Positions 13,806 through 25,145 of a DNA stretch of 64,000 nucleotides are shown here, piece by piece. The stretch lies in the NCBI GenBank assembly GCA_964016885.1, contig OZ024740.1, forward strand, positions 434,496,001-434,560,000. Reading direction: 5' to 3'. The notes under the pieces were generated by a model. That model searched no databases. It was not told the origin of the DNA and saw only the letters and a program-made list of their open reading frames with translations. This DNA comes from Eledone cirrhosa. Taxonomy: Eukaryota. The translations under genes were made by a program, and so were the position numbers. Position 1 is the stretch's first letter. Each line of letters begins with the position of its first letter.

Positions 13806-14009
13806 AAATATTCTTCATCCGTTACAAATGTAAACAAATCACAACCACCCCCTGCAGTTAACGAGAGAACTTGTGTAGTGGAAACCCTAACCGTAAATCA
13901 CACCCTAACCGTCTTAACCAAACGGAAAGATTACATTAAATATGGTCTTAGGATACTAACCCATACCTCATAAAATAAATATAGGATGGCTTTACCCGAC
14001 CAGGATATA

Positions 14010-14038
14010 ATATAATATATATATATATATATGACGGA

Positions 14039-14078
<40 letters not shown>

Positions 14079-14082
14079 CGGA

Positions 14083-14120
<38 letters not shown>

Positions 14121-14124
14121 CGGA

Positions 14125-14161
<37 letters not shown>

Positions 14162-14254
14162 GGGATCACTATATATATATATAAATATATATGAGGGGAT
14201 CACTATATAAATATATATATGACGGGATCACTCTATATATATATATATGACGGG

Positions 14255-14292
<38 letters not shown>

Positions 14293-14390
14293 GGATCACT
14301 ATATATAAATATATATGAGGGGATCACTATATATAAATATATATATAAATATATATGAAGGGATCACTATATAAATATATATATGACGGG

Positions 14391-14421
<31 letters not shown>

Positions 14422-14432
14422 GTGACCCCCAC

Positions 14433-14472
<40 letters not shown>

Positions 14473-14476
14473 CCCC

Positions 14477-14530
<54 letters not shown>

Positions 14531-14534
14531 CCCC

Positions 14535-14574
<40 letters not shown>

Positions 14575-14578
14575 CCCC

Positions 14579-14626
<48 letters not shown>

Positions 14627-14656
14627 CCCCCACATATATATATATATAGTGACCCC

Positions 14657-14694
<38 letters not shown>

Positions 14695-14698
14695 CCCC

Positions 14699-14734
<36 letters not shown>

Positions 14735-14738
14735 CCCC

Positions 14739-14784
<46 letters not shown>
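14010..14784. repeat. (TA)n array interrupted by a 11-12 bp spacer motif that flips orientation near 14410
   Basis: tga(c/g)gg(g/a)atcac units 14032-14395, then gtgacccccaca units 14422-14742. Confidence 0.9.
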
Positions 14785-14787
<3 letters not shown>

Positions 14788-14819
14788 AAAACGTTCGCTT
14801 TACATAGCTGAATACAATA

Positions 14820-15049
14820 TAATGTAATCTGAGTTTTTCTAATAATAATAATAACATTCGATTCGTTTGCAATTATGCAAACAAGCCTCAATTTTATAGC
14901 CATGTCAGTAGAATGAACCCTGTTCACATGCCAACACAAGAGCAAGAATGAAGGGTTCATTCTACTGACATGGCTATAAAATTGAGGCTTGTTTGCATAA
15001 TTGCAAACGAATCGAATGTTATTATTAATATTCGAAAAACTCAGATTAC

Positions 15050-15053
<4 letters not shown>
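14820..15053. repeat. Long inverted repeat, ~100-bp arms, 30-bp spacer
   Basis: aatgtaatctgagttttt...gtagaatgaaccct (14821-14921) versus agggttcattctac...aaaaactcagattacatt (14952-15052). Confidence 0.9.
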
Positions 15054-15080
<27 letters not shown>

Positions 15081-15082
<2 letters not shown>

Positions 15083-15336
15083 GGAACGAGTAGGACCCCG
15101 ACGGCTGAGCTAAGTCCAGAATTACTCGTTCCTATTACCCACTCTACTACCCTAAGTATTGAGTACTTTGGTGCGTTATGGTCTATCTGGTTCCTTACCA
15201 CATTTCCTTCGTTATATATATATATAACGCACCAAAGTACTCAATACTTAGGGTAGTAGAGTGGGTAATAGGAACGAGTAGGACCAGAATTAGCCGTCGA
15301 AACGGCTTGAGCTCAGCCGTCGGGGCCCTACTCGTT

Positions 15337-15340
<4 letters not shown>
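15081..15340. mobile_element. Two inverted, internally deleted copies of the 11191 element around a short (TA)n
   Basis: 15121-15213 is close to the reverse complement of 11191-11280; 15225-15340 is a direct copy with a deletion in the palindrome. Confidence 0.75.
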
Positions 15341-15389
<49 letters not shown>

Positions 15390-15394
<5 letters not shown>

Positions 15395-15758
15395 GGGTCA
15401 CTATATTTATATATATATATTCATTTCATTTTTTCATTTTACGTCCGCTTTTTCCCTGCTTGCAAGGGTGTGACGGGAACTGATTCTGGTTTGATTTCTA
15501 CAGCTGGATGCCCTTCCTAACACCAACCTCATTTACAGTGAGTGCTGGGTGCTTTTTTGCCTTGGCACCTCCACGACCACTTTGCTCATTTCTACAGCTG
15601 AGTAAACTGGAGCAATGTGAAATAAAGTGTCTTGCTCAAGGAAACAACACATCACCCGGTCTGAGAATTGAACTCACAACCTTTCGATTGAAAGGCCAAT
15701 GCTCTAACTACTAAGCCATGTGCCTCCATATATATATATATATATATATGAGGGGTCA

Positions 15759-15816
<58 letters not shown>

Positions 15817-15822
15817 GGGTCA

Positions 15823-15860
<38 letters not shown>

Positions 15861-15995
15861 GGGTCACTATATATATATATATATATATATATGAGGGGTC
15901 ACTAATATATATATATATATATATGAGGGGTCACTATATATATATATATATATATATATGAGGGGTCACTATATACATATAGTCACCCTCTCACG
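15390..15995. repeat. (TA)n array with tgaggggtcac spacers (interrupted by a SINE)
   Basis: Repeated tgaggggtcacta units between TA tracts. Confidence 0.9.
15425..15727 (-). mobile_element. SINE family B (tRNA head, CORE-like and Meta/MESC-like blocks)
   Basis: Minus strand: tggcttagtagttagagc (A box), gagttcaattc (B box), ccttgagcaagacacttt, ggttggtgttaggaagggcatccagctgtagaaa; domain names are from recollection of these families. Confidence 0.8.
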
Positions 15996-16032
15996 CCTAT
16001 TTCTCTACAGAAAGACAAGTTTTTGTGGAGTT

Positions 16033-16142
16033 AATAATTGTTTCTGCGTTTGGCACAAGGCCATCAAATACTCAGTACATTACTGGTACTTTATTTTATC
16101 GACCCCGTAAGGATGAAAGGCAAAGTCAACCTCGGCGGGATT
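16033..16142 (-). mobile_element. SINE family A, 3' half
   Basis: tggtactttattttatcgaccccgtaaggatgaaaggcaaagt block. Confidence 0.8.
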
Positions 16143-16639
16143 AGAAAAATGTTGAAATTAAATTTCCCAAAGGCCACCTGCGCTTCTAATCTGAAATTTC
16201 ACAAGAAAGTGAAAATATGGGAAAATGTTTCGTTTTTACTTTTGATTTATTCCTTTTTTAAGAAAAAAAAGCAAATTACTATATATTTTTTAAAATCAGA
16301 CTCATTATTTTCATTATTTTAATTAATAAGGTAATTAAACACCGTTTCGATGTTCGATGAGGATGAAATATGATACAACTAATAATAAGCTTGGTCTGTA
16401 AATTAAGCACAATTTACAGTTGTATTTTAATTGAAATATTTCTACTATTGCTGAAAGTTTCTCATGTTTAGCAACAGATCTGAGGAACTGTTGGGTCAAC
16501 TACCTTGCTAAAGTATTTTTTTTATAGCAACTGATGGTCCCGTTATAGTAAACATACAATAGTTTTAGTCAAAACAACACTAACATTCTCAATATTATTC
16601 TAAAGAAACAAATAAATTTGCAACTTTAAAAATAATAAT

Positions 16640-16760
16640 AATTGTTTCTACTTTAGGCATAAGGCCAACAATAACACAGTACATTACTGGTACTTTATTT
16701 TATCGACCCCGTAAGGATGAAAGGCAAAGTTAACCTCGGCGGGATTTGAACTCAGACTGT
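16640..16760 (-). mobile_element. SINE family A, 5'-truncated, flanked by (aat)n
   Basis: Same diagnostic block plus B box gggatttgaactc. Confidence 0.8.
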
Positions 16761-17079
16761 AATAATAATAATAATGTTTTCTTTATTTATTTATTTATTT
16801 TTTTTTTTTTTATTTTAATAATAATAAAAGTTGAAAGAGATCTTTTATCATTATTTTTAATTCTCTCGCTTTGGTCATATATTTTGGTGTGTTGTATTTG
16901 TTGTTCCTAGCAATAGTTAATTGTATTTATTATATGTGTTTATATCTACATTCTATAATAATTATAAACAATCTGTACTGTTATACAATTGTGGATAATA
17001 AAATATTAGAAAGGTTTCATTAAATAGCAAGTGCGGAAGGGTTTGAGACTAGAAAATATAAATAAACGTTTAAATTTAC

Positions 17080-17137
17080 CAAATTTTGATGAATAACCAC
17101 TATCAGTTGTATCCTCTTCCTCGTTATTGCCACACAT
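17080..17137 (-). CDS. Candidate first coding exon MCGNNEEEDTTDSGYSSKF-G, resembling CTL/SLC44 N-termini
   Basis: ATG in aacaataATG context, acidic 19-aa peptide, phase-1 donor G|gtaaat, possible acceptor cctcag 10 nt upstream of the ATG; unique non-repetitive sequence. Confidence 0.4.
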
Positions 17138-17904
17138 TATTGTTTCACTGAGGTAAATATCAATAAAATAATAATTCCTTTCAAGTTGTAATAAATGAAG
17201 CGATGTTAAAAATCAAGCACCGACTCCACCAAATTGGTGTCTGAATAAAGGCGTCTGTATTGGTGTCACCTGACTAAACTACGGCTGTTCATTGGTCCAA
17301 TCTACTCTAATCTCCTCATCAGCAGCATCTGTGTTATTCCAATACAGAAAACTCGTCCTCCTTATCATTTCAACCATCCTCTTTCTTCAATATCTCCTCA
17401 TCTTTCATTTCGTTTCTCTCTTTTTCATATTTTTATTTCATTTTCTTCTCCTCAATGTTATGTTTTCCTAAGCCCTATATAAGAATTTATCATGAATACG
17501 AAAAATATTCGGAAATAGTTCAAACAGCTAAAAGTATCGTCGACCGTGTTCTTAATTAACGAAAGACTCTTGTAATTAAATTAATTAATTTATAAGTAAT
17601 TAGAAGAATTACTTTTTTGGCTCTCTATCTCACAAAAATTTTAGAACAAATAACTTTTTTCTTTTGTGTAATACACAGAAAATGGACTATAAAATTACCA
17701 ACAGGCAATTCTGACCTATTATTATTAATCCCCAGTTTTAAAGGGTTTTAGGCGTATAAAGAGGTTATAATAATCCCCTTCAACAACTAGAGTTTCTTGA
17801 CAGGCGGGAGGTAACATAACAAAAATAGATGTTACAACTGTTGCAGACACATTCGAAGAGAGCTTGTGTCTAAAAGTGATATATATATATGTGTGTGTGT
17901 GTGT

Positions 17905-18073
17905 GCGAGAAGATGTTCAGTAAGACACAAATTACAACACCCTCATATATGAAACAATTCTAGTCCTGTAGAAGTCATTTCTATAATAAAATAAATATGC
18001 CTATACTCTACTAACGTATTGAGTACCTTTTTTAATTATAGTCACCTCCCGGTTTACATTGGAAATTCACCTA
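17905..18073 (+). mobile_element. Penelope-type 3' terminal fragment
   Basis: gaaac, then aataaa, then actctactaacgtattgagtac (18005-18026); inverted partner at 19773-19800. Confidence 0.45.
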
Positions 18074-19062
18074 TCTCTATATATATTAAACAGAGGATGT
18101 CTGTCTGATTAAATCCCTAAAACTCGAGAAGTACCCGACCGATGTTTTTCAAACTTTACAAATGAGTTACTTATATTTCTTGAAGTGCAATGGGCTAAAA
18201 AATTTTAACTTTTTCTACTCTAGGGCCCGCATTAGGCGAAAAACCGCATTTTAGGCTTTTTTGAGGCGTAACTTAAAGATAATCCAGCCGATTTCCTCGA
18301 AATTTGCAGCACACATTAGTTAGTCCCCTCGCATTGCTGTGGACAAAAACAATTCCGATTCCATTAATGGTTTCTAGGAAATTTACGAATTAGCATTGGG
18401 CATTACATGCCATTTTCATTTTCAATATAAACGTTACTTAAACATCGTAAATAGCGTATAATATTTCGTTAAAAATTTGGTTTATTTAACAGAGGACGCA
18501 ACACTTACTTTTAAGCAGGACCGTTTTCGGGGGATTGAGGAAATGAGGAGGACCTTAAACTTTTGTCAGCGCCCTGTTGACGCTTCGTGCTTTCATCACG
18601 CGCAAATCCGGCCCCTGTGTACGTTGCCGTGTTATTGACACCGTAAAACTCACGTCTGTGCTACTTCTACTAAGACCCCTTTTGTCGCACCTACACCGCA
18701 GTATGAACGCCCTGCGAAAGTACGCCGAACAGCAGTTATGCTAATTCCGTGGTGACCCCTTTCGTTGCACCTTTGTTGCTGTGTAAACGCAGTGCAACCA
18801 GTGCCGCCCAGCGTTTGTGCTAATTGCACTATGACCCCTTTCTGCTGCAGCTGCCTTGCCACGCTGATTTCGTCATCTCAATATCCCTACTTAAACATAC
18901 ATCCCTACTTGGTTTTCACACAATTGACTACGTCGCTCCTCAATCATTCCCTGAGAATAAGGGAATCAAAAAGTACACAGCTACATTCCTCAATCTTTGC
19001 ATAGGCGTGTTGCTATTTCACCTTTCCTAACTATCCCGTGCAACGCCGGGTCCTGCTGCTAG
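18074..19062 (+). mobile_element. Non-autonomous Helitron, ~990 bp
   Basis: a|tctctatatatattaaa 5' end; subterminal hairpin cccgtgcaacgccggg; ends ctag|t; A/T insertion site, no TSD. Confidence 0.85.
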
Positions 19063-19109
<47 letters not shown>

Positions 19110-19111
<2 letters not shown>

Positions 19112-19765
19112 GTGGCGGACTGGCCAGGTTGCCCAATGGCAAGTAACACTACAGAAGCCAACGGTAACATTGCCGTAGCCCACTGTAGTATTTTAGGGGT
19201 CAATACTTTGCTTTCAAAAAATATCTTTTTAAAAATGTCTCAGAGAAAGAATAAAAATTTGATATCAATGGGTTAAAGACTTATGTAAAATCAATTAGTG
19301 GTCAGTTCTTCAGTCTAAATTCCCCGGGCAGAATGACACAAATAATGTTTGTACAAGTTGTATATTTAAGTCTATATATACACATGTACATATACACACA
19401 CTCCCAGATATATATATTGAGTGAGTGTGAAAGACCAAAGGTCATTATTGAAAGTCCCTGGATGTGTATACTTTTTATTGGAGAAGGTAAGACACTATAC
19501 TATACATTCCCAATTATTTAAAAATTCAATTATAACAAGTATTACTGTATACTACCAGTAATATGTACAGTATATATACATTGCAATTAGTAAAAAATAC
19601 ACATTTTTTTTCCCACAAAAATCTGATTGGATTGTCTTCTTTTCACTTATGTATATTTTGAAAATGTTATTTATTCGTTATAAAAATTAAATGATAGCAT
19701 TCTATATATAGGTGGGTCCCCTTTATCTCCTGGCAACCAATATTTTTAGACCCAGTCTGCCAGTG
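19110..19765. mobile_element. Non-autonomous hAT DNA transposon, 656 bp
   Basis: TIRs cagtggcggactgg / ccagtctgccagtg (2 mismatches); 8-bp TSD tatatatg on both sides. Confidence 0.85.
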
Positions 19766-19814
19766 TATATATGTACTCAATAAGTTAGTAGAGTATAGAC
19801 ACCTTCATTTTATA

Positions 19815-20172
19815 CTAGACACCCCCATCCAGCCCCCGTGACCCGTTGGGCCACGTTCACTTAAAATAATTTTTTTTTAAAAATCATGTTCACTTAGAAA
19901 TAATTTTTAAATAATTAAAATATACACATACATGTCTCTCTTTCAATCTACTCTCTCTCACAACTACTACCTCTATCTCTCTATTTATGAAGGTACCTGG
20001 AAAAAAACCTTTATCTCAGGAACCCGTTCTCCATTTTACACGAAACTTGTTTTCCATTTGTATTCCAATTTCAGGGGCAACTTCCTATCAAAGTATTTTC
20101 CCCATAATGTGCCCCTTTGGCGGTATCAAATTACAGACAAGACACAATCACAGAGTTTTAGTAGTATATAGA
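19815..20172 (-). mobile_element. Helitron-like non-autonomous element
   Basis: Minus strand starts tctatatactactaaaa, has hairpin cgtggcccaacgggtcacg and ends ctag|t. Confidence 0.55.
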
Positions 20173-20699
20173 GTGATAAATTCAAAATAAAAAACACCAA
20201 ATAATTAAACATCAAATAATTGTACCTTTCTTACCCTCTCTATATACCACTACATGTCTCACTCTCTTTCACTAGACCTATATTCTCCCTCTCTCACTAA
20301 ACCAAGAAACTCTCTCCCCCTCTCTATATCCGACTACATACCTTACTCTCTCACTCTCGTAACTCCCACTCTCTCACTAAACCACAAGACTCTCTCCCGC
20401 TCTCTCCCAATACACACCTCACTCTCGCTCATAATTCCCCCTCTCTCACTAGACCACAAAATTCTCCCCCTTCACTATATTCCACTAGATACCCCACTCT
20501 CTCTCTCACCAGGCCAATAAATTATTTCCCCCTCTCTGTAACCCACTACATATTTCACTCTCCTTCACAATTCCCTCTCTCTCACTCGACCACCGAACTC
20601 TCTCCCATTTTCTGTGTGTGTGTGTATGCTTTAATTCCTTTAAATCTTCATCCCACCTTTGCAAGCACCAAACACATAACAACATCACAACCATACACA

Positions 20700-22457
20700 C
20701 ATCAGGGCGTATCGCAACAAAACATCAATAAGCCTAAATCTCAGCCCATCCATAACAACATACAAAACCGCAACGGAAAACCTGCACACAGGAAGACCTC
20801 CAACTGTAACTGCCACCTTTCGGATAAGTGCCCACTACAAAATAGATGCCTGGAATCAAGTATAGTGTACCTGTGTACTATCAATTCGGGCAACTTAGCT
20901 TGGCACTACATAGGTTCTACGGCTGGGGAATTTAAAAAAAAGATAGTACGTCCACAGACACTCTATGAAGAACCATAGACTAGAGAACTCAACAGCAGCT
21001 TAAGGACACAAACCAGGAATATGGGATTGGCTGGTCGAAATTATCGGGAGCAAGGGCCTACAACAATGGAATACCCCACTGCGGACTTTGCAATATGGAG
21101 TTGTTCCATATTTTAAAGTATGATAAAATGGTGCTTAACAACAAAATAAAACGATCAATTTTCTGTAGGCACAAAGCAGCAACCAAGTTCGCAAATTTCA
21201 AACCAACATGATTCGATCCAGCAATCTCAGAATTCAAGCAGGACCACCCGGATTTTAATGTACTGACTACATACCGCCCCACTGTTATTAGCTGTCAACT
21301 GACCAACTGGTCACTAAATCAACATCATAAAATCTACTAACCTTTCTTTCACTCTCTCTCCCTAAAGCCACATCACCCTCATTAAGATAAGACAATCAGC
21401 CTGCCAGACATTTACCACATGTATCATCGTATCGCCACCCTCACTCTGTCTCTCCTGTCCTGTATTTCTTCCCCTCTCATTTAATTTTTAATTTATTATA
21501 TTTTATCTGTCATTTGTTACTATTTTTTATTTTCTACTCTAACTCTGAGATTTGACCACTAGGTATGTATGTATCTAATGTTTCATGTTAGTATTATCTC
21601 TACCCTCACCACTTACACATACACTTACTCACCACTGTAACTTTAATCACCACCACCACCACCACTATTATCAGCAATCATATTCTGTACTTATTATTTT
21701 TTTACTTATAAAGGCGGTGGATTGGCAGTAATGGTAGAGGGTCGGACGCCATGCTTTCCAGCATAGTTACGTCCCTTTACGATCTGAGTTCAAATCCCGC
21801 TGAGGTTGACTTTGCCTTTCATCCTTACAAGGTCGATAAAATAAAGTACCAGTAATGCACTGGATAATTGCTGGCCTTGTGCCTAAAGTAGAAACAATAA
21901 TTTATTTACTTATTTTTTACATCTTTATCATCTTCATTCTAACTTCTTTATTTCTTTATTATTATCTTTTATTATTGATGTTGTTTTGATTCTTCGTTGT
22001 ATCTATAAATATCAATGCCATATGTAAAACCTCCAATATTCCGATGATTTGGTCAGAGGTAAACACTGTATTTAAGGTCAAGTGATGCAACTTCGACTGA
22101 TCAGCGGCCTTTAGACTCACCTGATCAATGAAACAATTGTTAATACTAGAAATAAAACCTTTTTGTACAGTCGACCATGTTATTCTTCATTCTTTCACTA
22201 TTATTACTCCAAGAATAACCTGCATAGGAACACTCGCCAACTCGCTACCTAACGATGGAAACCTCTTGTTGAGTCAAACAACGCCATACGTTAAACTATC
22301 CACAATACGGAGTACTCACAACCTCTAACTGGTTTACCTATACCGATAACTTGCTATCCCATTCTTCATTTTCAATTTTATAATACTCTGCTCCATAGGA
22401 GCATAGAGTGCTCAACCGGCATACCGCCTATGGACGCATCTTAGCTACCATAAGACA
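20700..22457 (+). mobile_element. Penelope-like retroelement remnant: frameshifted GIY-YIG endonuclease (~20790-21200) plus putative 3' UTR
   Basis: CNCHLSDKCPLQNRCLESSIVY...HYIGSTAGEFKKK, then CGLCNMELFHIL...LNNK...CRHK, the Penelope endonuclease pattern; ends in (TA)n; no RT seen; 3' extent uncertain. Confidence 0.8.
21712..21900 (+). mobile_element. SINE family A, full length, nested in the Penelope 3' region
   Basis: Aligns to the 10524 copy. Confidence 0.88.
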
Positions 22458-22481
22458 TATATATATATATATATACACACA

Positions 22482-22815
22482 CAGATAAAGACCCCCTTCC
22501 CCCTTCGGTCATGAATAACCATGGCATTTGCACCTAGAAAGTTCTCCAAGATACAAGTCCAGGCAAGGTTGTTTGTGGAAGACCAGCAGTCACCCATGCA
22601 TACCAGTCTCCCCTCTCCACACCACCAATGTTATCCAAGAGAAAGGCAATGGCTGATACAGCTTGGCATCTGTGATGTCACAACTCAGCTTAGTAAACTG
22701 AAGCAACATGAAATGAAATGTCTTGGTCAAGGATACAACACATCACCCAGTCTAAGAATCGAACTCACAACCTTATGATTGAAACCCAATGCTCTAACCA
22801 CTACCATATGCCTTC
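22482..22815 (-). mobile_element. SINE with family B head and CORE-like block, different 3' tail
   Basis: cagcttagtaaactgaagcaacatgaaatgaaatgtcttggtcaagg...gaactcacaacc...tgctctaaccact. Confidence 0.7.
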
Positions 22816-23147
22816 ACACACTCACATATATATGTGTGTGTGTGTGTGTCCTGTTATATCCTATATCCATTTACTGGCATTTCCATAGAATACTTCAACA
22901 AGTTTCACCTGTCTTATCAAGCTGAATTTCCTCATCTAATCTACAGAACCACCTACCTCACATCTACCTTACACCTACATTACAGCAACTAATGAAGAAT
23001 ACAACAATCAACAGACAATATCTTTATTCCATACCAATTACCAATATAGTCCTTAGTGATGTAGATTAATTAACAAAATTATTGAGATAGTTTGTTGAGG
23101 AGTTATTAATATATTTACACGTGTACCTTTAATAAACATACATTTAG

Positions 23148-23255
23148 CTCTGCATGGGTTTGATAAGTCTGTGTGGGTTTGACAGGTCTGCATGGGTTGA
23201 ACAGGTCTTTGTAGGTTGGGTAAGTCTGTGTGGGTTGGATATGTCTATATGGGCT
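23148..23255. repeat. Degenerate ~19-bp tandem repeat, ~5-6 copies
   Basis: tctg(ca/tg)tgggtttga(t/c)a(a/g)g variants. Confidence 0.7.
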
Positions 23256-23503
23256 GGTCCATCAGTTTTCAGCCCATATAGTTGGTCCTTTCTAACACAT
23301 CACCTGTTCCCTTAATGACTGTACTGCTACAGTACTGGTATAGCAGTTATTTCAAGCATTAAATTAATGTATTTCTTCAATGTACTCTATACATATAGAG
23401 GGTATAGTATAGTATAGTGTGTGTGGGTGGGTGGGGGGGGGGGGGTATAGTATAGTCACTACTGTAAATTGATTCTCTTTCTTAGCAAGTGAAAGATTCT
23501 TGT

Positions 23504-24436
23504 CCCTTTAAGCCTTAAACCAACCATATCCAGCCAAGATTCTCTCACCTCTTTCTGTTCAAACCGGCTGTAACTGGCCACTCATACTGCTGTTAAGGTA
23601 TTGTTCTCAAAATAAATCATATCAAAATCTCATAGATTCAATATCATGTGAGATATTATGTGAGATATTATGTGAGATATTATGTGAGATATTTATGTGA
23701 GATATTATGTGAGATATTATGTGAGATATTTATGTGAGATATTATGTGAGATATTATGTGAGATATTATGTGAGATATTATGTGAGATATTTATGTGAGA
23801 TATTATGTGAGATATTATGTGAGATATTTATGTGAGATATTATGTGAGATATTATGTGAGATATTATGTGAGATATTTATGTGAGATATTATGTGAGATA
23901 TTTATGTGAGATATTATGTGAGATATTATGTGAGATATTATGTGAGATATGTGAGATATTATGTGAGATATGTGAGATATTATGTGAGATATGTGAGATA
24001 TTATGTGAGATATTTATGTGAGATATTTATGTGAGATATTATGTGAGATATTATGTGAGATATGTGAGATATTATGTGAGATATTTATGTGAGATATTAT
24101 GCGAGATATTATGTGAGATATTTATGTGAGATATTATGTGAGATATGTGAGATATTATGTGAGATATTATGAGATATTTATGTGAGATATTATGTGGGAT
24201 ATGTGAGATATTATGTGAGATATGTGAGATATTATGTGAGATATTTATGTGAGATATTATGTGAGATATTATGTGAGATATTATGTGAGATATTTATGTG
24301 AGATATTATGTGAGATATTTATGTGAGATATTATGTGAGATATTATGTGAGATATTTATGTGAGATATGTGAGGTAAAGCCTTTACTGTGAAAATACAAT
24401 AGTATATATAGAGTAATGTAAATCGTAAAGGGTTAA
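23504..24436 (+). mobile_element. piggyBac-type MITE containing an expanded minisatellite
   Basis: Ends ccctttaagc ... gtaaagggttaa; flanks colinear with the reverse complement of 57830-58007. Confidence 0.65.
23647..24372. repeat. 12-bp minisatellite (tatgtgagatat; 9- and 13-bp variants), ~60 copies
   Basis: Direct reading. Confidence 0.97.
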
Positions 24437-24479
24437 ATAAATGGTAAAGGGTTAAACATAACTAATTCCAAAGGAGAGA

Positions 24480-24795
24480 AGAAACAATCCAGTATTTGAT
24501 TGGTATCTTATTTATTGAACCAATGAAAGGCTACCTTAAAAGAATTTAAACTCAGAGCATCAGGGCTGGATTAAGTCCTTTTGAGGCTCTGCACATTTGA
24601 AAGGTTTCACTGCCCTCCATATATAAATTCTGTAAAGTTCTTTTTAATGACAAATACATCTAATTTGAATAAAATACTGCCCCACCTTGCTTGGTGTCCT
24701 AAACATGTGGTTATTTTGCCTCATGGTTAATCCATAAAGAACTGGAACAAATACCACAATACATTCTACCTGATGTTTTAATAATTCTGCCATTA
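24480..24795 (-). mobile_element. Old diverged family A-like SINE interrupted by a hAT-like MITE (24561-24733)
   Basis: tggtatcttatttattgaaccaatgaaagg...atttaaactcagagc, then cagggctggattaa...ttaatcc, then the SINE resumes (gaactggaacaaataccacaa, also seen at 49880). Confidence 0.5.
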
Positions 24796-25030
24796 CATCA
24801 ACTTCATGTGGAATTTTCAAGCTTAGAATTTTTCATGATTTACAATTCAGCAGCTAAAGCTATTGTGCGGAAAGTTTAGCATCATTTTGTTAAATTCTAC
24901 AGAAATGAAGATAAACACCAGTTCTATTGAGCCTTGAAATTAAAAGATGAGCTTTTTATGAATTATTTAGGAAAGAATTACTGAGAAGTCCAAGAATAAC
25001 TCTTTGATTCACCTGAGCACTACACAATAA

Positions 25031-25145
25031 TTTGCCTTTCATCCTTACGGGGTGGATAAAATAAAGTACCAGTAATGCACTGGGTAATTTCTGGCCTTGT
25101 CCCAAAAGAAGAAACAATTATTATTATTATTATTATTATTATTAT
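25031..25145 (+). mobile_element. SINE family A, 3' half with (att)n tail
   Basis: tttgcctttcatccttacggggtggataaaataaagtacc...gaaacaattattatt. Confidence 0.8.

Noticed and set aside
13884-13920. ccctaacc telomere-like motifs
   Set aside because: Only two or three dispersed hexamers, not a tandem telomeric tract
17700-17770. PSFKG-like peptide as the missing SLC44 middle exon
   Set aside because: In-frame stop follows immediately; no DP or GP motif and no suitable splice sites
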